Shown here: positions 1 through 9,830 of the stretch, piece by piece | How the letters are laid out: the number at the start of each line of letters is the position of its first letter | Position numbering within the stretch: the first letter of the stretch is position 1 | Assembly (NCBI GenBank): GCA_031257565.1 | Contig: JAIROL010000172.1 | Span: forward strand, 1-62,434 | Source of the DNA: Tannerella sp. | GTDB taxonomy: Bacteria; Bacteroidota; Bacteroidia; Bacteroidales; Tannerellaceae | Reading direction: 5' to 3' | DNA length: 62,434 bases | Program-made: the position numbers and the translations under genes | Notes under the pieces: model-generated | What the model saw: the letters and a program-made list of their open reading frames with translations, nothing else | Database searches by the model: none | Told to the model about the DNA's origin: nothing

Positions 1-179
1 GACCATCTCAAAAAGATAGAAATTACTATAAAAGAATAAAGGTTCCTTACATTATCATCATTTTAAATCATTTTTTCGCTAACTTTTTGCTAACTTCTAT
101 ATAAGAAATCTATTTCTTATTTTGTTTTTTCATTATTCAACGAATAATGCTAACTTTGCAGGCTGAAAAAATTATAAAA

Positions 180-770
180 GTGAAAATTGTCATCATAAAA
201 TATAATGCAGGTAACATTTATTCTGTAGATTATAGTCTTAAAAGGCTTGGTATAACGCCTGTCGTCACCGACGATCCGGTAACAATCCGGACTGCCGACA
301 AAGTCGTATTTCCAGGTCAGGGAGAGGCCAGTACAACGATGAATTACTTACGGAAACAGGGATTAGACAAATTGATTTGCGAACTAAAGCAGCCTGTATT
401 GGGAATCTGTATCGGCATGCAACTGATGTGTCGTTATTCGGAAGAAGGTAATACGGATTGCCTGGGCATTTTTGATACGGAGGTTAAACGTTTCATTCCG
501 CAACAACACGAAGACAAAGTTCCTCACATGGGTTGGAATTCATTGGCTGAAATGCGGAGACAACTATTTGAAAAGTTACCGGAAAATCCGTATGTCTATT
601 TTGTTCACAGCTACTATGTTCCTGTAACGAAAGAAACGGTTGCAATTTGCGATTATATTAAGCCGTTCAGCGCCGCGATGCAAAAAGACAATTTTTACGC
701 AACACAATTTCATCCCGAAAAAAGCGGAGGTATCGGGGAAATTATATTGAAAAACTTTATCGACTTATAA
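180..770 (+). CDS. hisH: Imidazole glycerol phosphate synthase glutamine amidotransferase subunit
   Basis: GICIGMQ nucleophile motif, VPHMGWN, YFVHSY and QFHPEKS. The GTG at 180 is preferred as start because a TAACTTTG -7 box lies at 151-158. Confidence 0.96.
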   Translation: MKIVIIKYNAGNIYSVDYSLKRLGITPVVTDDPVTIRTADKVVFPGQGEASTTMNYLRKQGLDKLICELKQPVLGICIGMQLMCRYSEEGNTDCLGIFDTEVKRFIPQQHEDKVPHMGWNSLAEMRRQLFEKLPENPYVYFVHSYYVPVTKETVAICDYIKPFSAAMQKDNFYATQFHPEKSGGIGEIILKNFIDL

Positions 771-773
771 CAG

Positions 774-1502
774 ATGATAGAACTTATACCTGCAATAGAC
801 ATAATAGACGGAAAATGTGTACGTCTGACACAGGGAGATTATGAATCGAAGAAAGTCTATAATGAAGATCCGCTTGAAGCGGCAAAGATGTTTGAAGGTT
901 GCGGAATAAAACGCTTACATGTCGTCGATCTGGACGGCGCGCGCGAAGGAAAGATCATTAACTATAAGGCGCTGAATCTCATTGCCGCCAAAACCTCGTT
1001 AGTCATTGATTTCGGCGGCGGTTTGAAAGCTGACAAAGATCTGGAAATAGCATTTGATAACGGAGCGCAAATGATTACCGGGGGCAGCATTGCGATAAAA
1101 TCGCCGGAATTATTCTATAAATGGTTAAAACAATTCGGATGTGAACGCATCATTCTCGGAGCCGACGCGAAAGATGAAAAAATAGCTGTCAGCGGATGGC
1201 AGGAAACAACGACGAAAGATTTAATTCCTTTTATCGAAGAATTTCATAAACGCGGAATAAAAAAAGCTATTTGTACGGATATCGGTCGTGACGGCATGCT
1301 GCAAGGACCCTCCACCGAGTTGTATAAAAAAATACGCGCAACCTTGCCGGATATCTATCTGATTGCAAGCGGAGGTATCAGTTCCGTTAAAGATATTGAA
1401 GCGCTCGATAACGCCGGTATTCCTGCGGTAATATTCGGGAAAGCCTTTTATGAAGGATATATTAAACTAAATGATTTGGAGAAATTGATTACGAAGAATT
1501 AA
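774..1502 (+). CDS. hisA: ProFAR isomerase
   Basis: IPAIDIIDGKCVRLTQGDY, LHVVDLDGA, TDIGRDGMLQG; his operon context. Confidence 0.96.
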   Translation: MIELIPAIDIIDGKCVRLTQGDYESKKVYNEDPLEAAKMFEGCGIKRLHVVDLDGAREGKIINYKALNLIAAKTSLVIDFGGGLKADKDLEIAFDNGAQMITGGSIAIKSPELFYKWLKQFGCERIILGADAKDEKIAVSGWQETTTKDLIPFIEEFHKRGIKKAICTDIGRDGMLQGPSTELYKKIRATLPDIYLIASGGISSVKDIEALDNAGIPAVIFGKAFYEGYIKLNDLEKLITKN

Positions 1503-1540
1503 ATACTGATCTTAAGAACATTAAGTCATAAAAGAGATCT

Positions 1541-2293
1541 ATGTTAGCAAAACGTATCATACCCTGTCTGGATGTTAAAGACGGAACAACCGTGAAAGGA
1601 GTCAACTTCGTCAATTTACGCGATGCGGGTAACCCTGTAGAGTTGGGAGCCGAATATAGCCGTCAGGGTGCGGACGAATTGGTCTATCTTGACATTACAG
1701 CTTCGCATGAAGGGCGAAAAACATTCACGGAATTAGTAAAAAAAGTTGCAGCAAACATAAATATTCCGTTCACCGTAGGAGGAGGTATCAACGAACTGGC
1801 GGATGTTGAGCGATTACTGAATGCCGGCGCGGATAAAATATCGGTAAATTCCGCCGCCATACGCTGCCCGGAACTGATTGATGAGATAGCCAAAAACTTC
1901 GGGAGCCAGGTTTGCGTCGTTGCAATAGACGCCAATATGGACAATAGCGAATGGAGATGCTACCTCAACGGCGGACGTATTCCCACAGAAAAAAGACTCC
2001 TCGACTGGGCGGTTGAATCCGAAGAACGCGGCGCCGGAGAGATACTGTTTACAAGCATGATGCACGACGGAGTGAAAGAGGGATATGCGAATGAAGCGCT
2101 ATCTGTACTTGCAGACAAACTGCATATTCCCGTCATTGCCTCAGGAGGCGCAGGAAAGAGGGAACATTTCCGGGATACATTCCTGACGGGAAAAGCCGAT
2201 GCGGCGCTTGCCGCAAGCGTATTCCACTTCGGCGAGATAAAAATAGCCGATCTGAAACAATACCTGCGAAAGGAGCATGTTAACGTCAGATAA
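1541..2293 (+). CDS. hisF: Imidazole glycerol phosphate synthase cyclase subunit
   Basis: [36 protein letters not shown]. Confidence 0.97.
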   Translation: MLAKRIIPCLDVKDGTTVKGVNFVNLRDAGNPVELGAEYSRQGADELVYLDITASHEGRKTFTELVKKVAANINIPFTVGGGINELADVERLLNAGADKISVNSAAIRCPELIDEIAKNFGSQVCVVAIDANMDNSEWRCYLNGGRIPTEKRLLDWAVESEERGAGEILFTSMMHDGVKEGYANEALSVLADKLHIPVIASGGAGKREHFRDTFLTGKADAALAASVFHFGEIKIADLKQYLRKEHVNVR

Positions 2294-2341
2294 CAGATTA
2301 CGGATTTCAGCATTAAGAAGCAAAAATATAAAGATAAAACA

Positions 2342-2938
2342 ATGAATCTGGATTTCAATAAGTTAAACGGTTTAATCCCTGCTATTATACAGGATGCACA
2401 AACAAATGTCGTGCTAATGCTGGGATTTATGAATGAGGAAGCGTACCGGAAAACCATAAAAACGAAAAATGTGACATTTTACAGTCGTACCAAACGACGC
2501 CTCTGGACAAAAGGAGAAACCAGCGGCAATTTCCTGCATGTAGTAAAAATACTTGCAGACTGTGATAACGATACGCTGTTAATAAAAGCAAACCCTGTGG
2601 GTCCTGTATGCCATACCGGCGCTGAAACATGTTTTGACGAAAAAAATAAGGACGGTATATGGTTCTTACAATACCTGCAGGAATTCATAAACCGCCGGTT
2701 CATTGAAAAACCGGAGGGATCGTATACGACTTCTCTTTTTGCAAAAGGAGTAAACCGTATGGCGCAGAAAGTAGGAGAAGAAGCTGTTGAAACCGTAATA
2801 GAAGCAACCAACGGCGCTGATGAAAACTTTATATACGAGGCTTCGGACCTGATATATCACCTCATTGTGTTACTTACAAGCAAAGGGTATACGCTTGAAG
2901 ATATTGCTAAAGAACTCAAAAAAAGACATAAAGAATAA
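2342..2938 (+). CDS. hisIE: Bifunctional phosphoribosyl-AMP cyclohydrolase / phosphoribosyl-ATP diphosphatase
   Basis: LWTKGETSG, DCDNDTLL, CHTG..CF, KVGEEAVE, DLIYHL. Confidence 0.96.
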   Translation: MNLDFNKLNGLIPAIIQDAQTNVVLMLGFMNEEAYRKTIKTKNVTFYSRTKRRLWTKGETSGNFLHVVKILADCDNDTLLIKANPVGPVCHTGAETCFDEKNKDGIWFLQYLQEFINRRFIEKPEGSYTTSLFAKGVNRMAQKVGEEAVETVIEATNGADENFIYEASDLIYHLIVLLTSKGYTLEDIAKELKKRHKE

Positions 2939-2955
2939 TCATACATATTCATTTG

Positions 2956-3669
2956 ATGGAAAGCGGGTTATTAGTTCAACTAGAAAACATTGAAGTTTGC
3001 CAGGAAGAAAACGTCGTTTTGAACGATGCGTCTCTTACATTGGATAAAGGAGAGTTTATCTACATAATAGGCAAAGTTGGCTCCGGAAAGAGCAGTTTAT
3101 TGAAAGCTCTTTACTGTGAAGTTCCTATCCGCAAAGGAAACGCATACGTAGCCGGTTATGACCTGCTGAAAATAAAACGGCGCGAAATGCCTTATCTTCG
3201 ACGCAAATTAGGAATTGTTTTTCAAGACTTCCAATTACTCACTGACCGTTCGGCCGTTAAAAATCTCGAATTCGTCCTCAAAGCAACCGGTTGGAACAGT
3301 CAGAATGAAATAAACAGACGCATCGAAGAAGTTATGGAACAAGTGGGTATGCCAAACAAAGGGTATAAAATGCCGCACGAACTATCCGGAGGAGAGCAAC
3401 AACGCATTGCTATTGCACGCGCGCTGTTGAACACGCCTGAAATTATTCTCGCCGACGAACCAACGGGAAATCTTGATCCGGAAACGAGCGGACAGATCGT
3501 TCAGTTATTACATGATATACGCCGCAAGGGAACTGCAGTCATAATGACTACGCATAACTATAACATTGTTCAATCATTCCCCGCGCGCGTAGCTAAATGT
3601 GAAAGTAACAGGCTATATAATATGGAAGAAAGTTCTTCCCCGGATTTTAAAGAAATAGAATATGAATAG
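2956..3669 (+). CDS. ftsE: FtsE-like ABC ATP-binding protein
   Basis: Walker [42 protein letters not shown]; position between hisIE and lysC as in Bacteroides. Confidence 0.85.
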   Translation: MESGLLVQLENIEVCQEENVVLNDASLTLDKGEFIYIIGKVGSGKSSLLKALYCEVPIRKGNAYVAGYDLLKIKRREMPYLRRKLGIVFQDFQLLTDRSAVKNLEFVLKATGWNSQNEINRRIEEVMEQVGMPNKGYKMPHELSGGEQQRIAIARALLNTPEIILADEPTGNLDPETSGQIVQLLHDIRRKGTAVIMTTHNYNIVQSFPARVAKCESNRLYNMEESSSPDFKEIEYE

Positions 3670-3701
3670 AATATCAACAACAATTTAAAAGCATATAAAA
3701 G

Positions 3702-5033
3702 ATGAAAGTTTTAAAGTTCGGAGGAACATCCATAGGTTCGGCGCAACGTATGAAAGAGGTCGCAAAATTAATCTGCGACGGTAATCAAAAGATTGTTGTA
3801 TTATCTGCACTGTCCGGTATCACCAATTCGCTGGTTGAAATCTCCGGTTATCTGTATAAAAAAAACCATGACGGCGCAAATGAAATAATCAACCGCTTGT
3901 CTGAAAAACACGCAGGCTTCATCAATGAATTATACAGTACGCAGGAATATAAAGATAAAGCGAATAAACTTGTCCTGTCCTATATGAATTACATCCGTTC
4001 TTTAGTCAAAGAATTTTTCACCTTGTTCGAAGAACGTATCATACTGGCTCAGGGAGAGTTAATGTCTACCGGTATGATGAACCTGTACCTTAACGAGATC
4101 GGAGTAAATTCAACGATTCTTCCGGCGCTGGCATATATGCGCACCGACAAAAACGCAGAACCGGATACTGTCTATATAAAAGAAAAACTCAATGACTTGC
4201 TGAAAAAAAATCCCGCCGCGGAAATCTACATAACACAAGGCTTCATTTGTCTTAATGCTTATGGCGAAATAGACAATCTGCAACGCGGAGGGAGCGATTA
4301 CACCGCTTCACTCGTAGGGGCCGCCATACAATCCGAAGAGATTCAGATATGGACGGATATTGACGGTATGCATAACAATGACCCACGCGTAGTGGAAAAC
4401 ACTTCTCCGGTACGTCGCTTAAACTTTGACGAAGCTGCAGAACTGGCCTATTTCGGCGCAAAAATTCTTCATCCGACCTGTATACTGCCGGCAAAATTGA
4501 ATAATATTCCGGTTCGTTTACTGAATACAATGCAACCGGACGCTCCCGGAACAACAATTTCCAATGAAATGGAAAAAGATAAAATCAAAGCTGTTGCAGC
4601 CAAAGACAACATCATCTCCATAAAAATAAAAAGTGGACGTATGTTGCTTGCGACCGGCTTTTTACGTAAAGTTTTTGAGATATTCGAAACATATCATACG
4701 CCCATCGATATGGTTACCACATCCGAGGTCGGAGTATCCGTAACGATTGATAAGGAGAAACATCTGGAAGAAATCGTCAATGATTTAAAGAAGTATGGTA
4801 CGGTAACCGTAGACAAAGATATGGTTATCATCTGTGTCGTAGGCGACCTTGAGTGGGACAATATCGGATTTGAAGCGGATATAGTAAACGCCCTTAAAGA
4901 CGTCCCTGTCCGGATGATTTCATATGGAGGCAGCAATTTCAACGTATCGCTGCTAATCAAGGCTTCCGATAAAAAATGTGCGTTGCAGGCATTAAGCAAG
5001 CGCTTGTTTAACCGATCTTTCCAAATCATATAA
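3702..5033 (+). CDS. lysC: Aspartate kinase
   Basis: VLKFGGTS, RGGSDYTA, EAAELAYFGAKILHP, C-terminal ACT domains. Confidence 0.95.
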   Translation: MKVLKFGGTSIGSAQRMKEVAKLICDGNQKIVVLSALSGITNSLVEISGYLYKKNHDGANEIINRLSEKHAGFINELYSTQEYKDKANKLVLSYMNYIRSLVKEFFTLFEERIILAQGELMSTGMMNLYLNEIGVNSTILPALAYMRTDKNAEPDTVYIKEKLNDLLKKNPAAEIYITQGFICLNAYGEIDNLQRGGSDYTASLVGAAIQSEEIQIWTDIDGMHNNDPRVVENTSPVRRLNFDEAAELAYFGAKILHPTCILPAKLNNIPVRLLNTMQPDAPGTTISNEMEKDKIKAVAAKDNIISIKIKSGRMLLATGFLRKVFEIFETYHTPIDMVTTSEVGVSVTIDKEKHLEEIVNDLKKYGTVTVDKDMVIICVVGDLEWDNIGFEADIVNALKDVPVRMISYGGSNFNVSLLIKASDKKCALQALSKRLFNRSFQII

Positions 5034-5067
5034 TACGCTTATTTTTAACATATTAAATTCAATAATA

Positions 5068-6225
5068 ATGATAAAAGGTTTTTTTCCGACCGACAAATTC
5101 AGAAATATACAGACGCCTTTTTACTACTATAACATGGCGCTGCTACAGGACACGCTAAACGTTATTAAGGCAGAAACAGACAAGTATGGTTATCACCAAC
5201 ATTATGCAGTAAAAGCCAATGCCAATCCTCGCATACTTTCTCTCATTGCTAAGAATGGAATGGGGGCCGACTGCGTAAGCGGCGGCGAGATACAAGCTGC
5301 TTTAGATGCAGGATTCCCTGCATCTAAAATTGTTTTCGCCGGCGTAGGGAAAGCCGACTGGGAAATAAATCTCGGACTTGATCATGATATTGCATGCTTC
5401 AATGTGGAATCTTTGGCGGAATTAGAAGTAATAAACGCCCTGGCGGAAGCAAAAAATAAGATTGCAACTGTCGCATTGCGTGTTAACCCTAACGTAGATG
5501 CTCATACGCACGCTAAAATCACAACAGGATTGCAGGAAAACAAATTCGGAATAAACCTCGGGGCGCTTCCTGGCGTTATTGATGAAATGCTTAAAATGAA
5601 CAATATACGATTCTCCGGACTTCATTTCCATATCGGCTCACAGATAACCGATCTTTCTGCATTCCGCAATTTATGCATACGCGCTAACGAGTTACAGGAC
5701 GAGCTGGAGGCGCGCAACCTGAAAATTGATAACCTCAACTTCGGCGGCGGACTCGGTATCGATTATTTTCATCCGAATCATTTAGCTATACCCGATTTTG
5801 AAAACTATTTTGCAGTTTTTCATAAATTAGTAAAACAGCGCGAAAGGAAACAGATTCATTTCGAACTCGGACGCTCTGTTGTGGGACAATGCGGTTCTCT
5901 CATCTCCAAAGTTCTATATGTAAAGAAAGGAGAGACGAAACAGTTTGCCATACTGGACGCGGGCTTTACCGATCTGATTCGTCCCGCGATGTATGACGCT
6001 TACCATCATCCGGAAAATATAACAAGCGACGAACAATATGAAGCGTATGACGTCGTTGGCCCCATTTGCGAATCATCAGACGTTTTCTGTAAGGATATTG
6101 AAGTAAATAAAGTTCGCCGTAATGATTTGATCGCATTCCGCTCTGCCGGAGCTTATGGTGAAATCATGGCGTCGCAATACAACTGTCGCGCATTGCCGAA
6201 AAGTTATTTCTCCGATGAATTATAA
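5068..6225 (+). CDS. lysA: Diaminopimelate decarboxylase
   Basis: HYAVKAN PLP lysine, HFHIGSQ, GGGLG, GPICESSD, AGAYG. Confidence 0.95.
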   Translation: MIKGFFPTDKFRNIQTPFYYYNMALLQDTLNVIKAETDKYGYHQHYAVKANANPRILSLIAKNGMGADCVSGGEIQAALDAGFPASKIVFAGVGKADWEINLGLDHDIACFNVESLAELEVINALAEAKNKIATVALRVNPNVDAHTHAKITTGLQENKFGINLGALPGVIDEMLKMNNIRFSGLHFHIGSQITDLSAFRNLCIRANELQDELEARNLKIDNLNFGGGLGIDYFHPNHLAIPDFENYFAVFHKLVKQRERKQIHFELGRSVVGQCGSLISKVLYVKKGETKQFAILDAGFTDLIRPAMYDAYHHPENITSDEQYEAYDVVGPICESSDVFCKDIEVNKVRRNDLIAFRSAGAYGEIMASQYNCRALPKSYFSDEL

Positions 6226-7132
6226 AAGCAATCAATCTTCTCAGAAGCATCATCCGGAAAATAAAACGCGCGGACGACACAGCGCTGCAGAAAAAAGCGG
6301 CGCCTTACTCCCTTTTCTTTTGGATTTACTGAACCGACAAAGCAAAAATTCGGTCAAATCATTGCTGAAACATGGCCAAGTATGGGTAAACGGGATACCG
6401 GTAACACATTTCGATACTCCTCTAAATCCGGGCGACGACGTTTTTATCAGTCATGAAAGAGCTTGCGTGGAGTTTAACCATCCCCAGTTGAAAATCATTT
6501 GGGAAGATGAGGAACTTATTGTGGTCGATAAGAAAGACGGATTGTTATCCGTCTCCAATGCCCCTTCACAGGAACGCACGGCCTATTTTCTATTATCGGA
6601 ATATGTAAAAAAAATTGATCCGCGCAATAAAATATTCATACTACATCGTCTGGACAAAGGAACATCGGGCCTGATGATGTTTGCCAAAAACAAAAATATT
6701 CAGGAATACCTGCGTTCAAACTGGCACGAGATGATAACCCGACGTACATATGTCGCGCTGATTGAAGGTACCCCTGAAAAAAAAGACGATACAATTATCA
6801 CTTATCTTGCTGAAAACAGCCGCATGAAAGTATACTGCACAGAGCCTCAACACGGTAAGGAAGCGATTTTACATTATCATGTACTAAAAAGTAATACGCA
6901 ATATTCGCTTATTGAGGTTGATCTTGAAACCGGACGAAAAAACCAGATCCGCGCACAAATGGAATATATCGGGCATCCGGTTGCAGGAGACCCGAAATAC
7001 GGCGCGCAGACAAACCCTGCCGACCGGCTTATGCTACACGCCGGACGTCTATTTTTCATACACCCTGCAACAGGTAAAGAAATGCGTTTCGAAACGCCTG
7101 TTCCAAAACAATTCTGTAACTTAACAAAATAA
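6215..7132 (+). CDS. RluA/RluD family pseudouridine synthase with S4 domain
   Basis: HRLDKGTSG catalytic motif, TGRKNQIR, GHPVAGDPKYG; in-frame ATG at 6215 overlaps the lysA end. Confidence 0.92.
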   Translation: MNYKSNQSSQKHHPENKTRGRHSAAEKSGALLPFLLDLLNRQSKNSVKSLLKHGQVWVNGIPVTHFDTPLNPGDDVFISHERACVEFNHPQLKIIWEDEELIVVDKKDGLLSVSNAPSQERTAYFLLSEYVKKIDPRNKIFILHRLDKGTSGLMMFAKNKNIQEYLRSNWHEMITRRTYVALIEGTPEKKDDTIITYLAENSRMKVYCTEPQHGKEAILHYHVLKSNTQYSLIEVDLETGRKNQIRAQMEYIGHPVAGDPKYGAQTNPADRLMLHAGRLFFIHPATGKEMRFETPVPKQFCNLTK

Positions 7133-7139
7133 AACAATT

Positions 7140-7297
7140 ATGAAACGAACATGAACCAACAGTCTTTTAGCGAAGCGTTAAAAACCAACAGTCTTTTAGC
7201 GAAGCGTTAAAAAAAACGGCTTGCGCCAAAGATTTATGAACATACTGTGAGTTCTATGTTTCCTTAATGTTAAAAAATAAATAATGTACACATGAAA
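7140..7297 (+). repeat. 94-bp-family dispersed repeat, long copy with a 29-bp internal module duplicated in tandem (7154-7182, 7183-7211)
   Basis: ATGAAACGAACATG...AAAACGGCTTGCGCCAAAGA..TATGAACAT..TGTGAGTTCTATGTTTCCTTAATGTTAAAA..TAAATAATGTACACATGAAA is shared with 25973, 49109 and 49203. Period is 152 = 94 + 2x29. Confidence 0.93.
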
Positions 7298-8287
7298 ACC
7301 GGATTTGTCATACTCGTTCTTTTTTTGTGCTGCACTTCGTGTACGCAACAAAAACAATACTATTTAGAAAGCGGAAATGTTTTTCATACCGTTTATCACA
7401 TCAAATACGAATCCCCGAAATTGTTAACCGATAAAATTGACGCCGAATTACAGACATTCAACTTATCAATGAATCCTTTTAATCCCAATTCTATCATTGC
7501 AAAAGTAAACCGAAATGAAGATGTTGAAGTCGACGAATGGTTTACGACCGTATTCAACAAAGCGATGGAAGTTTCGGCCTATTCAGACGGAGCCTTTGAC
7601 GTAACAACCGCGCCATTCATTAATTTATGGGGATTCGGCTTCGAAAACAGCGACAGCGTATCCCAACAAAAGATAGATAGCATCAAAACCTTTGTCGGAT
7701 ACAGGAAGATTCGTATCGAAAATAACCGCGTTATAAAAGAAGACCCTCGCATCAAGCTCAATTTTTCAGCAATAGCCAAAGGCTACGCATCCGATGTGAT
7801 AGCCGCCTTACTTGAACGGGAAGGCGTTGAGAACTACATGGTCGAAATAGGCGGAGAAATCATGTCTAAGGGCAAAAATCCAAACAGGCTTTGCTGGAGA
7901 CACGGAATAAACAAACCCGAAGACGATTCTACCGGTATAAAAAACGAGATCGAAAGTAAGATACAATTATGTGATAAGCGCGGACTTGCCACATCCGGCA
8001 ATTACAGGAATTTTTATATAAAAGACGGTAAAAAATATGCGCATACAATCGATCCCCGTACCGGATATCCCTCTGAACAATCGATACTAAGCGCGACAAT
8101 TATCGCCCCTGACTGCATGACCGCCGACGCTTATGCCACCGCATTTATGGTAATGGGCGTTGAGGCTGCATGTAAAATGGCCGACAATATTCCCGAAATT
8201 GAATATTACCTGATTCTCGCTGACGAGCAAACCGGAAAATACCAAATAAGATTTTCAGATGGCCTGAAGTCCTTATTGAATTTGTAA
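7292..8287 (+). CDS. apbE: FAD:protein FMN transferase, ApbE family lipoprotein
   Basis: Lipobox CTSC, LNFSAIAKGY, EIGGE, ATSGNYRNF, HTIDPRTG, ADAYATA. Confidence 0.93.
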   Translation: MKTGFVILVLFLCCTSCTQQKQYYLESGNVFHTVYHIKYESPKLLTDKIDAELQTFNLSMNPFNPNSIIAKVNRNEDVEVDEWFTTVFNKAMEVSAYSDGAFDVTTAPFINLWGFGFENSDSVSQQKIDSIKTFVGYRKIRIENNRVIKEDPRIKLNFSAIAKGYASDVIAALLEREGVENYMVEIGGEIMSKGKNPNRLCWRHGINKPEDDSTGIKNEIESKIQLCDKRGLATSGNYRNFYIKDGKKYAHTIDPRTGYPSEQSILSATIIAPDCMTADAYATAFMVMGVEAACKMADNIPEIEYYLILADEQTGKYQIRFSDGLKSLLNL

Positions 8288-8322
8288 ACTAACATTAATC
8301 ACTCTTAAAAGAACTCTGATAA

Positions 8323-8969
8323 TCTGCAGTTCCTTCCTCCGTACATTGCGACCACCTGATACAAGCTTACAGGTCGGCAATAATAGACTTGCCTCAGGCA
8401 GAAAAAGCAAATAAAGAAGTCTACGACTTCCTGCGTTCGGTATCCAATAAATATGGTATTGGTTTCTGGAAACCCGGAGCAGGAATTATCCATCAGGTCA
8501 TACCGGAAAATTATGCCTTCCCCGGAGGAATGATGATCGGAACAGATTCTCATACTCCCAATGCAGGAGGTTTGTGCATGCTGGCCATTGGCGTCGGAGG
8601 TTCTGATGCGATGGACGTCATGGCGGGTATGCCATGGGAACTGAAAATGCCCCAAATTCTCGGAGTAAAACTCACAGGAAAAATGAGCGGATGGACTTCT
8701 CCTAAAGACGTAATCTTAAAACTGGCAGGAATACTAACCGTTAAAGGCGGTACAAATGCAATTATCGAATATTTCGGAGAAAGCGCCTCCTCCCTGTCTG
8801 CCACCGACTGGGACCGACTACATTCTCTCCCGGCAAAAACCTGACAGTCCAACTTGACCACTCCGACGAAACCTGCGAATCTTTCGAAGTAACGCACTCC
8901 TGCAACGATGTACAGATCGAATGGTTTAAAGCCGGCAGCGCATTGAATAAGTTAAGAATAAAGAATTAA
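8323..8969 (+). pseudogene. acnA: Aconitate hydratase remnant: N-terminus lost, large internal deletion with frameshift
   Basis: From 8323 the frame reads [15 protein letters not shown]...[28 protein letters not shown]...LSAT, with no proper start. A different frame from 8808 reads [12 protein letters not shown]...HSCNDVQIEWFKAGSALN..., the aconitase C-terminus. The Fe-S cysteine region is absent. Confidence 0.92.
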
Positions 8970-8987
8970 GAATTAAAGAAGAATCCA

Positions 8988-9566
8988 ATGGAACAAAAAA
9001 TAACATGGCAAAACAATAAATTGAATGTCCCGGATAACCCTGTTATCCCATTTATAGAAGGCGGATTCAAAACATGGGGTTACGCGCTTGCCTAACGGAA
9101 ATTCGGCGATTTTATTAAATCGGGAAAAGTGATCGTAAAAGACGTCATTGCCGATGCATTTTCACAAAATACGTTGTTAAAACCGGAAGAATATGCCGTG
9201 ATAGCAACGTTGAACCTCAATGGAGATTATATCTCAGACCAACTGGCTGCAATGGTAGGCGGTATTGGAATAGCGCCCGGCGCCAATATTAATTATCTGA
9301 GCGGACATGCCATATTTGAAGCAACCCACGGAACGGCTCCCGATATTGCCGGAAAAGATATAGCCAACCCCTCCTCCTTATTGCTCTCTGCCGTGATGAT
9401 GCTGGAATATATCGGTTGGATAGAAGCCGCCCGATTAGTAGAAAATGTGATGGAACAAACCTTCAAAGAAAGAAAAGCGACAACCGATCTGACCCGTTTT
9501 ATGGAACAAGGGCAAACCCTCTCAACGAAAGAGTTTGCGAAGGAGCTGATCAACAAAATAAACTAA
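8988..9566 (+). pseudogene. icd: NADP isocitrate dehydrogenase remnant with an in-frame internal deletion and a premature TAA at 9093
   Basis: MEQKITWQNNKLNVPDNPVIPFIEG is joined directly to GFKTWGYALA*, followed by [31 protein letters not shown]; only ~192 codons remain. Confidence 0.92.
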
Positions 9567-9830
9567 TTTACCAATGAATGAGCGTATGCTTTAGTATATT
9601 AACGCATCAATTATTTTGAAGTTATGGATAGAAAAAATGAATTAATTTCTTATTTCCAGCAATTCAGGGAGAAAAAAATATCAGAGGTTGATCTACTGCG
9701 GCTAATAGCATGGTCAAAAGCAAGGCTTTCCGCTTCACCCCCAAGCAGAAAATCAGCAGTAATAAAAGGCTAATAAGTATCTGTTTCGTAAAAAATATTT
9801 ATATTTGTCTTGATTTATCATGGGGAAAAT

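Noticed and set aside
16-50. ATAG...CTAT as an OxyR site
   Set aside because: The spacing is 6 nt rather than 7, and it is not upstream of ahpC.
2956-3669. ftsE without adjacent ftsX
   Set aside because: This is the usual Bacteroides arrangement (hisIE-ftsE-lysC-lysA).
8389-9566. 151-aa and 145-aa ORFs as functional small proteins or programmed readthrough
   Set aside because: They are fragments lacking essential catalytic regions, so readthrough could not restore activity.
9570-9800. Citrate synthase remnant after icd
   Set aside because: No frame gave a citrate synthase motif I could recognise; a tBLASTn would be needed.
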